A stretch of DNA of 63,494 nt, counting the filler, from Gonapodya sp. JEL0774 (lineage: Eukaryota), in NCBI GenBank assembly GCA_027604505.1. It is 17 parts of 17 records of this genome, joined end to end, with 100 filler letters (N's around TTAATTAATTAA, not from the genome) between each part and the next. Parts side by side here need not be neighbours in the genome. Positions count along the whole stretch, not along the records: positions 7,514 to 11,166 come from JADIIX010001198.1; positions 11,267 to 14,917 come from JADIIX010001199.1; positions 15,018 to 18,666 come from JADIIX010001200.1; positions 18,767 to 22,412 come from JADIIX010001201.1; positions 22,513 to 26,155 come from JADIIX010001202.1; 12 more parts are not named here. One strand, 5' to 3'. Below, in pieces: positions 10,137 to 22,997 of the stretch. Below the pieces are notes generated by a model, which saw nothing but the letters and a program-made list of their open reading frames with translations, was not told the DNA's origin and searched no databases. Numbering within the stretch: the first letter of the stretch is position 1; every line of letters begins with the position of its first letter. A program made the translations under genes and the position numbers.

Positions 10137-11166
10137 TTACGCATTTTCGAATTCCATCCTGTCTGCATCCCCTCCCGACAGATCGATCCATTTGACGTTG
10201 CCCTGCCGATCGCTGAAGGGGAATCTGAACACTTTCCACGGCGAGTTGTACGGTGCGTACGTTTTGAGGGTCAGCTCGGTGGTGAAGTTCCCACTGAGAC
10301 GCTCAGCCAGATTGAAGCCGGGACCATAGCTTTTGTATTCACCATTTAAGGTAGAAGCGTTGTAGCGGGGGTCTGATACGGTCCAGTTTTTGTAACCCGC
10401 ACCGGTAATGGTGTCGTCCATATAGGTGTTGGCGAAAATAGACCGGTGAAGGGCATTCTAGTGGTGAAATGCACGTTGGATCAGAATGCAGCCTTGCAGA
10501 GTGTTCCTCCCCCCTTGTCCGGTGCCACGGCAACTCACCCAAGGACGACCCAGGTAGCACGTTCCGGTAATGTTTTCCTTGATTTCACTCGATTTCAGAA
10601 CCTTTGAATCTGCAACCAGTTCATGTGAGAATGGGCGTTGCTCAGATATATTGGGGACTCTTCCGTGTTCTCACCTTTGATGTACACCCCGTACGAATTG
10701 TTGAACGTTGTAGCGGTTCCCTTCCACGCCGTGATTCCACCACCACATCCACGGAGAGACAAGACGCTCGACTGAATCCAGAGTGTGCCGAAACCGTACA
10801 AGAAGTCCACCTGTCCCGCTACGATGCTGTTGTACATGTATGTGTTGCCGATTTTGCCGATATACACCGTGTCTTGGTAGCTGTAAAAACCGCACTGATA
10901 GAAACTCGCGTTGGAGTAGCTGATCGAGATAACCAAGGCAGGCCCAGCAGTCATGTTGGCATAGACATTCGAGAAGTCAACTAGATAGGCCAATGAAGTG
11001 ATCACCATGAACGTAAACATTATTGGGGAGAATTCAATCGTCAGCAAAGTTCCTCTCAGACACAAAAAGACCGGTATTGCTCACTGTTGTATGCCTTGAA
11101 ATCTGAGTTGCCGAGGGGAGTATCAGCTGGGACCGGGAATCCCCATGGTCCGGTCCCGGTTAGTGA
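10137..11166 (-). CDS. Pectinesterase (pectin methylesterase, CE8), multi-exon, 5'-truncated
   Basis: FYQCGFYSYQDTVY, GQVDFLYGFGT, GGGITAWKG, LGRPW-type exon junction and EYKSYGPG. Confidence 0.92.
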
Positions 11167-11266
11167 NNNNNNNNNNNNNNNNNNNNNNNNNNNNNNNNNN
11201 NNNNNNNNNNTTAATTAATTAANNNNNNNNNNNNNNNNNNNNNNNNNNNNNNNNNNNNNNNNNNNN

Positions 11267-14200
11267 ACAAGCTCAAGTTTCCACGCGGATCACGAACGCT
11301 CAACACGGCAGTGGTGGTTGAGAAAGGCGACGCGTCCGGAGAATACACTGTCGGTGCGTATTGCAATAATGCTTTGGTGATGTCTTTTCTCGATTTGTTG
11401 TTTTTCGGTGTATATATATGTGCCCATGCTCACCTGCTGGCCACTTCCGTTCAAACAGCACTTCAACCCACCGACCCGGAGACCGTTCCTCTTTCACTGA
11501 TCTCTACGTATTTGTCGCTCAAGACTCCATCGGCGTCTCGAGAAGTGCCACTGTTGCCTCTGACCATCCTGGATCTGTTTTTGAGACAGAACCCGCTCAA
11601 CAAGGCGTCAACTCACCTCCTCGGCCGATCCCTTTTTACGCCGGTCAACGCTGTACCTATTGGTGGAGGTCTAGAAATTTGGCGTGGTGTCTTCCAGAGT
11701 GCCCGTCTCACCGAAGGAAGTGGGGTCTTTCCGACAACCGGTGCAAAGGCGAAAAAGGAGGGACTCCTTATGGTCAACATTGACCTCTCATTCACCTCAG
11801 TCTTCAAGGCTCAAGACGTTCTGGCATTCATGAAGGAAGTGATACCCCAATCATCTGCGGAGCGGAAACTGGTGGAAGGAGAACGCAGGGCCCTGGAATT
11901 GAGGATTCGCAACTGCAGGGTAGAGCTCACGCATAGAAAAGTAGGAGCTAACGGGAACTCGTTCGTGAAAAAAGTCGTAAGGGGGGTTAGTGACAAGAAT
12001 GCTATCGAGACGAGGTGAGTTCGGAATCCCGTCACAGAGCGCGATTTGGCTGTGATCTCGATTCTCAAACCATCTGGCGTGGTGCGATCTGTCCCTAGGT
12101 TTGAGCACAACGGTCGTACCGTGAATGTCGCAGAGTACTTCCTGTCCAACTACAATATCCGCCTTCGATACCCAAATTTGAACTTGCTCAAGTCGGGAGC
12201 GCCAAATGGGGACTCGTACTTCCCAATGGAGGTAAGAGTCCGAATGAATTTGATTTCACAAATAGCCTGCTTGAAATATATTTTGGTGTTTTGTCTTTCT
12301 AAGGTCTGTCGAATCTCTGAAGGAACGAGATACATCGGTGAGCATTAGAACAGCGGCTTTGTTTTCTGAAACGGTCACAGAGGTGACGCCCTCCTTATAT
12401 GTACAACTCCCGTTTTTCTGAAGGCCAAATGACTGAGAATGACAGATCTGGGATGATCAAGGCTTCAACGCAACGTCCCCAAGAGAAGAAGCTGGCTATC
12501 GAGCAAGCCGTCGCTTCCCTCGACTTGAAGAACAATTCCCACCTCAAGGCGCTTGGGGTCGAAGTCGACACAAGAATGGTTCGTGTCGAAGGTCGCATTC
12601 TCCAACAACCGATTTTGGCGTACGGCAAAGGGAAGCAAATTGATCCCCGCGGTGGAGCGTGGAACCTTATCAGAACAGCCTACTTTGCCCCTGCGGCAAT
12701 GCCCAGCTACGGATACGTTCTAATGTGTGGAGACCGAGATATGGACGAAGGGGGTTTGTGGAATCTGGACACTGAAGTCCGAGGAGTGTTTGGGGAGACG
12801 GGAATGCAAATTGGCCATTGTGAGTGTTTGCGGTAGGGACTCTCGACTAGCTCCATATATTTGTGACAATTGGACTTTTGTGGCAATAGCTGACCACGTG
12901 GCGTACGTCCGAATGGGGCGTGAGATCAACAGGCAAGGCCTTCTTGCTGCCATCCAAGGATTAACAAACCGCTGCAATGAGGTCTTCCCTGGTACAAAGG
13001 GACCAGTGCTCTTCTTCTTCATCGTAATCGTCAGGCACACTGTAAGTTTATCTCCATAATTCAAGTGCCCGCAGCCTTGACAAATCCTGCTGGATTCGCA
13101 CGGACAGTACGAGCTGATCAAAACTGTTATGGATCGCGAGATTGGACTTCCTAGGTTTGCATCCGTCTTCAAATTTGCTGTGAAACGAATTTTAGAGCTC
13201 ATCATGGTAATTCCTCAACGGTTGCAGTCAAGTGATGCAGGCAAAGAAATGCAAGAATCCAAATCGCCACAGCCTTCTCCAGTATCTTGCGAACGTCTCG
13301 CTCAAGGTCAACACGAAACTGGGAGGAATCAATCAAAGGCTCATGGGTGAGTTGCTCCGTTATACTTTCTTAGTCCTCCGATACTATCCACAACCGTGCT
13401 GTATTAGAGCCTCCCGCTGATTTTGTCAAAGGTCTTGATATAATCGTTGTCGGCGCTGATGTAACCCACTACACCGGAGACGATAAGCCCAGCATTGCTG
13501 CGGTGGTTAGTTCCCGATCGTGTTTCTCAGTTTGCCAATGAACCTCATATGTTATCATCAGGTGTCTACCATCGATCCACCGCTCACCAAGTACTTCCCG
13601 ACAGTTCGACTCCAGTCAAACAAGACCGAGATCATTGAGGATATGCAAGGCATTGTGAGCGCTTTAACATTGTGTGATTGCGGTTGATCGTCACGTACAC
13701 CGCGAACACGCAGGTCAAGGACGCCCTGATTGCGTACTACAGAACCAACCAGTCTAGGAAACCCCAGAGAATTTTATTTTACCGAGATGGAGTGTCCGAG
13801 GTGAGAGAAATCTTTGATCAACATTATGAAAGGCTTCAAGCTTACAATAACTTCGGAGTGGCTCAGGGTCAATTCCAAGCCGTATTCGACTCTGAGATCA
13901 AGGCCATTAAGCGCGCTTGTGCAAGTCTTGAGAAAGGATACGCACCAAAGATCACCTTTGTGAGCAACGGGGAATGTGTTCTTGAGGACTTGAATGGCAG
14001 AGGCAGTGACTCCTGGCCCTATAATCCTTCAGACTGTGATGACGAAACGTCACAAGACAAAGATTTTCGTGGAGAACCCAAGTCCTCAAAACACAGACAG
14101 GTCGGGGAATGCGCAGCCGGGGACTGTCGTCGACACAAGTGAGATTCGGCACTCGAGATCGCCATATTGGCAAGACGAGTAGGACTGAAAAACTTCACTC

Positions 14201-14768
14201 TAATTCACGCGAACAAGCTATCACGCATCCCTACGAGTACGACTTCTACCTCATGAGCCATGCGGGTATCCAAGGTACAAGTCGGTGAGATTTTGAGTTC
14301 ATCCGGGCTGCGTTTTGCCCTCTCAAGTCTAATCTCGTGCTGGATTATCCTAGCCCTGCTCATTACTACGTTCTGCTTGATGAGAACCAACTCAGCGCGG
14401 ATGTGTTACAGCAAGTGAGTCTTCTCCGTTAACCTTCGTGTTGGCGTTGGCAAAGATCGCGTGACTCATTGTGTTTTGCCCTGACGCCAGTTCACATACC
14501 GCCTCTGCTACGTGTACAGCCGTGCTACTCGATCCGTGTCTCTGGTGCCACCTACATACTATGCTCACCTGCTGGCTTGTGAGAATTCTTCGTCATCTGA
14601 TGTGTCTCGATCGATGTTTTGCCCACCACCTTCGTGATCCCGTTAGACCGGGCACGGCTCTACGTGAACCAAGGGCACACAGAGATCACTGCCCACAACA
14701 ACCTCGTGCCGGGAATGACGGGCAAGCCAACTGCGGGAGACTTCACGAAGACCATGTTCTATGTGTGA
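11267..14768 (+). CDS. Eukaryotic Argonaute (L1-PAZ-MID-PIWI), multi-exon, 5'-truncated
   Basis: [26 protein letters not shown]...YFPME (PAZ), [76 protein letters not shown] and terminal MFYV*. Confidence 0.96.
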
Positions 14769-15017
14769 ATCGCCTCGCCGGGATGCAACAACATGACCAG
14801 AATCTAATCCCTTTTCAAAAAATCTTTTCATTTCCACCACAATAAAACACTATCTGTAGAAACGAAAATAAACCTTTCTCACTTTTGAAAATCATATGAT
14901 ACGGGAGCATAATGGTANNNNNNNNNNNNNNNNNNNNNNNNNNNNNNNNNNNNNNNNNNNNTTAATTAATTAANNNNNNNNNNNNNNNNNNNNNNNNNNN
15001 NNNNNNNNNNNNNNNNN

Positions 15018-16025
15018 TATGGATGGGGGTCCGATTTGGGATCTACGGCAAATGTGGCTGCGGGTCGTGGTGGGGCGCGAACTCGGTGGGACGACGCACG
15101 GGATGAGTCGGTGGTGCGCTGTTTTTGGATCAATTCGACGTTGGAGGCGATTTGGGCTGAGTATGGTGGCGGCAGTGGGCTGGTTGGTGAGTCGATAGAG
15201 GCAGATTGAGGTGGCTGACCAGCTGCAGGTGGTGCAGTTGTGGAGCTCGATTGCACATTGATTTCTGTATCCGAAACGTCTGAGAAGGACTCAAATCGAT
15301 CAATTTGCCTTGGTAGCCAAGCGTGTTGGTGTCGGCGCGATGGCGCGGACGGTTGTACTGGAAATGGTGTGATTGGATGGTGGCGTTGCGGAGGACACGA
15401 CGAACTGCGGAGAAGATACGAGGGCGGAGGTGAAGGAGGCGGAGATGGCGATCGAAGGGGGCGTGAAGGGTTTATGTCGGAAGGAGAAGAGAGAAAAGGG
15501 AGCGCGAAGAGGTTGGATGGTGGACGGAGATCGTTGGTGTTGAGATGCAGTTGTGGAGACTTTTCGGAACAAGTAATGCACAGTGGCGTTAATGTAAGGA
15601 GGTGCTTGATGACTGTTTGGTAGCTGTAGAATCCCGGAAAGGCAACTCACCACCTCCGCCGCGGTTGGTACCGCAACTGAGGAAGACACCACATCAGAGG
15701 CTACATCAGCCCCGAGGCATCTAGGATTCAAATGATGCAAGTGCGTCTCACGTTCCGTTCGTGCTTCTGGTGGAGGCTCTTGTGTATCAGAGGCTTCACG
15801 ACGAAGTTCCTGCCCAAGAACGTCGAGGTTGTGCAAGTTTTCCTCGAGGCGGAGCTTCAACTCTGCGAGTGCGACAGGTGCTTCGCGGGCTCGCAGAGAT
15901 TGCTTTCTTGGAAGGACATCAGGGTATTTCTGAGAGCGTGCGGAACGTAAAAGTGAGGGGTGTTGGGAATCGGCGAAACGTGGCTGATCCAATGTCCGTG
16001 AGCGTTCCAGACGTGGTTCCGCCAT
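15018..16025 (-). CDS. Hypothetical Ser/Pro-rich protein, probably multi-exon and truncated
   Basis: Long low-complexity ORFs with a coiled-coil-like stretch (LAELKLRLEENLHNLDVL). No recognisable domain. Confidence 0.4.
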
Positions 16026-17637
16026 CCCAGCTCAGAAAGCGGGCACGGATGGGATTCCGACGGAAAACCCGAGATTCCGAGTCGTGAAACGAGGAAATAT
16101 ATGAGGGTAAGCTGTGAGAATGAGGTGGCTGCAGAACGGGAGGTTTACGCGTCAGGACAAGTTTTTGTCGAGTTTTGGGACAAAGGACGCACCGGAGCAT
16201 GCAAAGGAGACGAAAGAACGATGACGTCACTGATTGATCATGCGCCTGGATGCGTGTAAAATGTCACCCGAATGTTGAGTTGGCCGAGTGTCGATTGTAC
16301 TGAATGAGTGCGGGGAAATGGGGGCATAAAATGCCGCGATCACTGAGGACTCGGCGCCTCACGCCACGGCCTGCAAGCCCAATCATTTCCTCATGCCGCC
16401 TCATCCTGCCGTAAACAAATCCTTTGTTGTTTGTTGTTGTTGCCCATCCTGCACCGGCGTGGCGGTTCCATACCCAGGCACATCCCGCAACTTGGCTGTG
16501 GTGTGGTGCAGAGAGCCCGAATCCCCCTGCTTTGGCGGTAGCGACAATGACAGACTTCCAGTTCCCAAATATTCCGCCGGTTGAGACTCCTCTCTCGGGA
16601 TGTTGGGATTTCGGGCGATCCTAACCACAAACGTAAAACATGATTCACCTCGGCTTCCTTCAATACTCTGCTGTGTGCACCAAAATCTATCGGATTGTCT
16701 CCTACCACCAAATCCAAGTCCAGTCCGTGCATTGGTGGTCGCGAGAACAAAAGCAAAATCCACCTACAAACGCATTAAAATGCACTCTTTCTCAGTATCC
16801 GGGATCTATATATGACGTCACGACCGCTGTGAAACTCTCCGAAGATTCTTGCGATCGTGGAGAGATATCTGTTCGGCAGTTCTGATCGGCAACCCCGCGG
16901 AAACACTTGTTGGGAAGCATTTTTCATCGCTCCAGCAAAAAAAACGGACCTCTGCACACATCCACCTGAACCAAACACGACGACCATAACTTCACATTCT
17001 ACCCGTTCTTATCTCGCGATCCCACGCTCCGACCGGTTGCACCGACAATCCTCTCTTATCAAAGAGGGACGGATCGTGCACGGCCCCGCAGCAGGCCTCC
17101 AACGTCACTCACCGCACCCACCGTAAACCGCCCTCAGAAGAAGATAAGGTGACCTCATGTTTTCAAAACCTCCTGTTCTCTTGTGCGGCGCGAAGATGGT
17201 GGCGCACCGGAAGTGAGCGGCGGGGCCTGTGCGGATCGTTCGTATCACGATCCTCTGTATGAAGCTCGAACATAACTACATTAATGTGTACCTTGATCGC
17301 AAAAGCACCTCCATCCCCTCTGTCACCTTGGCCAGCTTCGGCTCACCTCCGAACCCACTCGAGACTTGATCGCCACATTGAGTCCACACCCTTAGGTCTG
17401 CGTTGTTCGGTTGGAACTGTGCGCTGCTATCGTTATCGAAGTACGACAGGAATCAGTCAAGTGGTGTCGAGCGGGACGTTTACGTGCGAACGAGTGTCCA
17501 TGTATTGTCGCCGCTCTCATTATTCGATGTTACTATTTACCATGTAGTTGTTCGTAGTCAAATGTCTATCAATTATTCCAACATGACGTGACGCCGCTTC
17601 CTCCGCCTCTCCCACTGTGACTGATGTCAGCTGTTGC

Positions 17638-18620
17638 TCACCTCGACCCCACTACCGAGTCCGTCGATTCCCCCGCATTCGTCGCCACCACCACCTTCAC
17701 ATACTCCTGCGCCCTCTCCCACCTCGCCACACACACCCCGTTCGACCCGGCATTGCGAGACTCTTCCAGGCCCGGAAACGCCGCCGCAGAACGGGTCCCG
17801 TCGGCCGCCTTGGGAACCGACACGTCCACGCGTTCGAGGTGGCCCGGTACGGGAGAGTACACAAGCACTGCGATTGCACGGGCCGCGAGGCGGGGGAAGA
17901 GGGGTGCGAGGTCCGACGGGGTGAACCCGCGGAGGGTACGGGGTGTGGTCGGCGTTGACGGGAACGAGGACGGAACAAGCACGATTGAGTCGGGCGTGCG
18001 GATAAAGGGGAGGTACCAGAGCCAATAGGCGCCGAGGTATGACGCCAGGGCTGTGAATGGGGTGAGGGTAGGCACGCGGGCGAATCGTTCTTGGGACCGG
18101 ACGGTGGCCAAGGGATCTTTCCGTGCCGCGGCAGTTTTCCGACGGGACGAGCCGGATGTGTGCGGCGTGGTGGGAGATGTGAGCTGGGCGAATTCGGAGA
18201 GTTGGGCGGCGGTGTTGAGGCGGGTCAAGGTTGCCGAGACGGTTGGGTGGGTGGTGGAGCCCCAGGCGATAGTGGAAAGGGCTTTGGGGGTCTCGGTGGG
18301 ATTTGCTGAGTTAGTGGTGCCGGGAGTTGGAGGAACGACAAGTGGTTTCGCGCGGGCGAAACGGTCCTTGCGAACGGCGGCGACGATGGAGGACAGAAAG
18401 TCTGCATTTGACGAGTGAATATCGAGGATGATAGGAAGGGTTGGAAAGCGGTTGAGCAAGGAACTGAGGGTGAGGATAGTGGTGGGTTGAGAGACTGGGG
18501 ATGGGTTTGAGGATTCGGAATGGTGGAGAGGTGGTTGTTGGGAAGGTTTGCGGTTGCGGAGAGGGCCGGAGGAAGGCTTGGCGGTAGACGAGGTGGGAGA
18601 GAGGTTGAGGGTGGCAACGT
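17638..18620 (-). CDS. Hypothetical protein, C-terminal part
   Basis: 273-aa ORF with GC-rich coding-like composition and a Pro/Ser-rich upstream extension. Family not recognised. Confidence 0.5.
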
Positions 18621-18766
18621 GATCCGTAAACGGATGGGAGGAAGGAAGAATCAGAGCCTGTGATGANNNNNNNNNNNNNNNNNNNNNNNNNNNNNNNNNN
18701 NNNNNNNNNNTTAATTAATTAANNNNNNNNNNNNNNNNNNNNNNNNNNNNNNNNNNNNNNNNNNNN

Positions 18767-19147
18767 GCATCCACCGTGCCCCGACCCTGTTCCAACTCCA
18801 CCTTCCCATCCATACTCAGATCGGGCACCGTCATCAAAAACACCCCATAGACGCCCTCGAACGCGCCCGAGAGCGTGTCGGGCTTGGTCGAGTCCCCCTT
18901 GACCACCTCCACGCCCTTGGATTTCAGCACTTGAGCGGAAGCAGAGTCGGGGTTCCGGGACACCGCACGAAGGAGGAACGTGTCTGGTGCGCGGTGAAGC
19001 AAGGCATCTATGCACGCACCACCCTGTTTGCCGGTGGCACCGAAGATGAGGAGCTGTGTGGAAGGGGAAAATGAGAGATGAGTGTTGGCAACAGCACGGA
19101 CTCGCAATGGGGAGTGGGGAACCCACAGTCCGCCGCTTGGAAGACAT
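18767..19147 (-). CDS. NmrA-like NAD(P)-binding protein, N-terminal part
   Basis: MSSKRRT|LLIFGATGKQGGACIDAL...RAVSRNPDSASAQVLKSKGVEVVKGD...AFEGVYGVF. Confidence 0.9.
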
Positions 19148-19826
19148 TGACGGGTCAGTGCACGGAGAAATATGCTAAGATTGTACCAAAAAAGGCTGTA
19201 CTGACTTTTAAATGTACCTGCATGGCTGCCCATTTTGATCTCCACGGTGGCGGAGCAGGTACGTCCATCATGTGCACCGGACAAAGTCACCTCTGCCGGC
19301 CAACCGCGAACTCGAATCGATCGCGGAATTTCGACCTTTTGACGGTGTGGATGGTGTCTTCTTTGCTCGATATTGATAAGTACAAATCTGGGTACAGAAA
19401 GGGTTGCAATGGTGTGTAGACGTGTCAACCCAGCAAAAGGTAAAGCTTCAGGTGAGCTGCGGATGATCTGGGTTACATCTGATTAAATAATTGCGAGCCG
19501 GAAGTGAGCGAAGCGAACGAGGGTGAAGCTTTTAGCTTGTGTCTGTGGGTTGGAAGTTCCGGAACATGTTGACATTGGACACTCAAAGTCTGAATCCCAT
19601 CACATCAAATCACAACACTGATAACGTAGATGCATGGAGACATTTTTAAAAGAGACGAATTAAATTTATTTGTTATGAGGTGTTGATCAGTGAGTTGTAT
19701 AATACTTCCGTCTATCAATCATGCGAAATGTTTGTTCCCTCTTATATCTGTCTTCCTTTCTCCGTCAGGGTGAATCACACGGACACCAAGCACGCCCCGG
19801 GCGAGCGTTAAGGGCGAAACGCCTCT

Positions 19827-19850
19827 CTATCTATCTATCTATCTATCTAT
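19827..19850. repeat. (CTAT)6 microsatellite preceded by a GGCG-AAA-CGCC hairpin
   Basis: Read directly from the sequence. Confidence 0.85.
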
Positions 19851-20329
19851 TTTGTATGTATTTTGCTCAGAATGAGCAATTACCCTTGAACCATTTTTAC
19901 GATCAAACAGTTTAGCCGGCATCTAGTGAAAGTTTTCGTCGTCGTTCTCATTGTTTAGCAACTGTAGACTATCAAATAATATGGCAATTTCAATCGTCAC
20001 ATCAGCATCTTTCGAATTGTCCCGGCACTGGCACTCGCGGGCGACAGAGCTGATTCTGTGTCAGGAGACAACGTTATTGCCATTTCCTCCCAAAGGTTCG
20101 CTGGCCACTCCCAGCGCCTTCAGCTCCCCCTCTGGAAGTTCGAGCATCGATTTGAGGCAATTTCGCATCGAATTACACGGGCTTTTAGGACCTTAAGTCC
20201 TTGTTCTTGAGAAACGACAGTCGCCCTTCGCACAATTTATTGAGAGGCTGTTTGTGTGAGTTGCGAACATAACCAGATACAACCAACACAATCTGCACAT
20301 CGTCTTGGCAGACTGATGGGTCGCAAGCG

Positions 20330-20372
20330 AAAACGACAAAACGAACAAAACGAACAAAACGAACAAAACAAG
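20330..20372. repeat. 9-bp tandem repeat (AAAACGAAC), about 4 copies
   Basis: Read directly from the sequence. Confidence 0.85.
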
Positions 20373-21463
20373 CAATCGGTCGTTTCCGCATCCGGAAGAG
20401 CGCACCCTCCCGTCGTCCGCATCACCTGACGGATTCGATAGGACCACCAGAGGAAGTGAGATGGCTGGAATATAACATAACATAGAGGGCGACATTTACA
20501 GTGAGTACTCTATGCCCGCCGATTTCAGTGGATACATTGATTTTGAAGTTTGTTCGCTGCCAGCCAGCGATCCCGCCGAACGTCACCTCTGAACATCAGC
20601 AATTCCACTTGAATCAATCCAATTATCTTATTCGCGATATAACGAAATCAAAAGAAACTTGCGCCGTGTGTGGACAACTGTTTGCTCAAGGTGCTGATGA
20701 TAAAGACATTGAACTCGGAGGGCCTCATTGGAAACATGTTCGTACTGCTCTCTCTCCACGAATCACAACAAGTGAAGCCCTGAAAATCTCTAGAGCTACA
20801 AAGATCATCCAGTTGTTGCAGATTTGAATGGATTGGTACTTGATAGGCATGGATTTGTCCCTGGGTCGCTTACCAGTTTGATGCCTACAAAAGACTTCAG
20901 TGTTTGAAACAACAGCGCTGTGGTGGAGAAGCTCACATAACTTTTATGTAGTAGAGTGTGTTCGCTGTAAGTATCAGATCATATGCACCGGTGAGTGGTG
21001 AGTGGTGATGACAAAGAAGCCTCCAGACAGCAACAAAGGAGTCGCGGACCAAACCGCGGAGGCGCGCGGCAGGTGCCTGGAGAGTCGTGCTTGACACTCC
21101 CCGCAGAGCGATGTACTGGTGGTTCAGTGTACTCGATGATACATCATGTTCGTCTTTTCAAACACAGGCCAAATGTACTGTGACTGAGAGAGAGGATGTA
21201 GTATCGTGAGGTACCAGAACAGGATTCCATAGCGAGCAGGTTTGCGTTGCCCAGTGTTGAGGCAGGAGCAAACATCAAGTACGTGTAATTGGACCCGGGT
21301 AGTATTCGCTCTCTTTCGCTCAAGGGAACAGTTACCTTGATGTGTCGGGGTGCCTTGCACGTAGGGGAACTTTGAATGTCGATTTCAACCGATGAGGGAT
21401 GTCTCTGTGCAATATTATATTTATTAACTAAATGAATATAAACAGTTTAGTTATGTACCAAAT

Positions 21464-21582
21464 AACTACGGCCATATGCACGGAAAAGTGCCGCTTCCCG
21501 TCCGATCAGCGCAGCGAAGCCCGTGACAGCCCAGTCAGTACTAGCGTGAGAGATCAGCTGGGAATACTGGTTGCTGTAGTTT
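21464..21582 (+). rRNA. 5S rRNA gene (dispersed copy)
   Basis: AACTACGGCCATA...CCCGTCCGATC...AGTACT...GGGAATAC...GCTGTAGTT. The termini are complementary (helix I), the length is ~119 nt, and a T-tract terminator follows. Confidence 0.93.
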
Positions 21583-22194
21583 TGTAACTTTTGAACTTTT
21601 AGATGCGTAGTTTTTTACCTTTTGAACTTGAGACGTTTACCCTATAAAGGAAATTCTTCCCCGGGTTTTGTTGGACTCTCTGTGGGACTGACTCGTGTTG
21701 TTCCCCAGGCCGGGTTGGGTCCTGCACTGATTGGGCGACCTCCGGGTTCGGTGCTTGATTTCACTTAGATGTGTTATGGTTATAGGTTTTCTTGACAATG
21801 CTCTGGAGATACATGCGAGGGTGTTTTGTGTGTGGAGTTTCTTCTTTCGGTTACGCTGTGGCCTGAACACTTCAGGAAGCACTGCCCGCACAGACTTTGA
21901 CACTTGACACCTTCCTGCGCATTTGAACATCTGACATTGAGGCTTCGGCTGAGGAATCTGGATTGGATCGATTGGCCTGGGGCGTATCCTAATTTCTGCC
22001 GTCCATCTACGCGTCCACTCGGCATCCCGCACTCCTTCTCCTCCCGTGCCCCACCTTCCCCACTTCACCCCTTCTGCTCCCCCCATCGCCCTTCCTTCCC
22101 CTCTCTCTTCCCCACGTTCCCCCCTCCCCCCACTCCCTTCTTCTTCTCTTACAAAAAAACTATCTCCATCCACCCCCAAATCAACCAGTAACCC

Positions 22195-22412
22195 ATGCGC
22201 AACATAAACATCTTCTCCGGAAGTTCCCATCCTGGCCTGGCAAGAAACATCGCCCAACGTCTCAACCTGCCCCTCGCCGACTGCACTCTCTCCAAGTTCG
22301 CCAACAAGGAGACAAGTGTCGAGATTAAAGTGTCGGTCAGGCAGTGTGACGTATACATCGTGCAGAGCGCCTATGGACACGTCAACGACATGTTGGTCGA
22401 GTTGCTCATCAT
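22195..22412 (+). CDS. PRS: Ribose-phosphate pyrophosphokinase, N-terminal part
   Basis: IFSGSSHPGLA..IA..L...KFANKETSVEI..SVRQCDVYIVQS...VNDMLVELLI. Confidence 0.95.
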
Positions 22413-22512
22413 NNNNNNNNNNNNNNNNNNNNNNNNNNNNNNNNNNNNNNNNNNNNTTAATTAATTAANNNNNNNNNNNNNNNNNNNNNNNNNNNNNNNN
22501 NNNNNNNNNNNN

Positions 22513-22997
22513 TGAGCGTTTTCTGTTTTCTTCAATTCTGCTACTGGACCTGCGAACATGAGTTGCTTGATTCCACCCCCGAGTAATTCATCTGCCTCAT
22601 CGATGACTGGTCGAGCGGAATACGCAAAATGATTATAAAGATCTTTTCCCATTGATAAATGCTTGTTTGTGGAAATCGAATCATCAGTTCACTATGAACG
22701 AGTGAGTGGCTATCCTACTGGCATTTGGAAAGTCGTATTCAAAACTCTCACCTGCGATCCTTGACCCGGGAACGTAATGCCGGTGGCTCCAGGGGCCCGT
22801 GTAGTCGAGGTTCCAGGTGGAGCTATAGACGGAGAATCAGGTACTGTTCATGATGGTTTAGGCAGGCATAGTCATGTGAACCGACCGTGAAGCGGTCGGC
22901 GTGACCGGAAAACACCATGTCGGGGAAAACTGCCATAATTCAACCTGGCAACGGCAGAGGTGCTGCATTGCACGAAGTATCTGAACGCTGCTGGCAT
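22513..22997 (-). CDS. MCT1: Mitochondrial malonyl-CoA:ACP transacylase (FabD/Mct1), N-terminal part
   Basis: ITFPGQGSQ|..MGKDLY...ARPVIDEADELLG...LMFAGP..ELKKTENAQ, with an Arg-rich presequence exon. Confidence 0.88.

Larger units (their letters stand above)
19491..20910 (+). mobile_element. Putative degenerate Helitron2/Helentron-like element (5' end plus frameshifted coding relic)
   Basis: Structured 5' terminus TTGCGAGCCGG...GCGAAGCG...GAGGGTGAAGCTTTT, an internal (CTAT)n tract, and broken reading frames giving ETCAVCG...HPVVADLNGLVLDRHG. The family assignment rests on recalled resemblance only. Confidence 0.4.

Noticed and set aside
3760..14917. Defence island linking Argonaute with the Prim-Pol element
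   Set aside because: They lie on different contigs that are near each other only because of length sorting. The Argonaute is an ordinary intron-rich eukaryotic type.
22030..22190. Pyrimidine-rich C/T tract as a special element
   Set aside because: It is a typical CT-rich promoter or 5'UTR of the PRPS gene.
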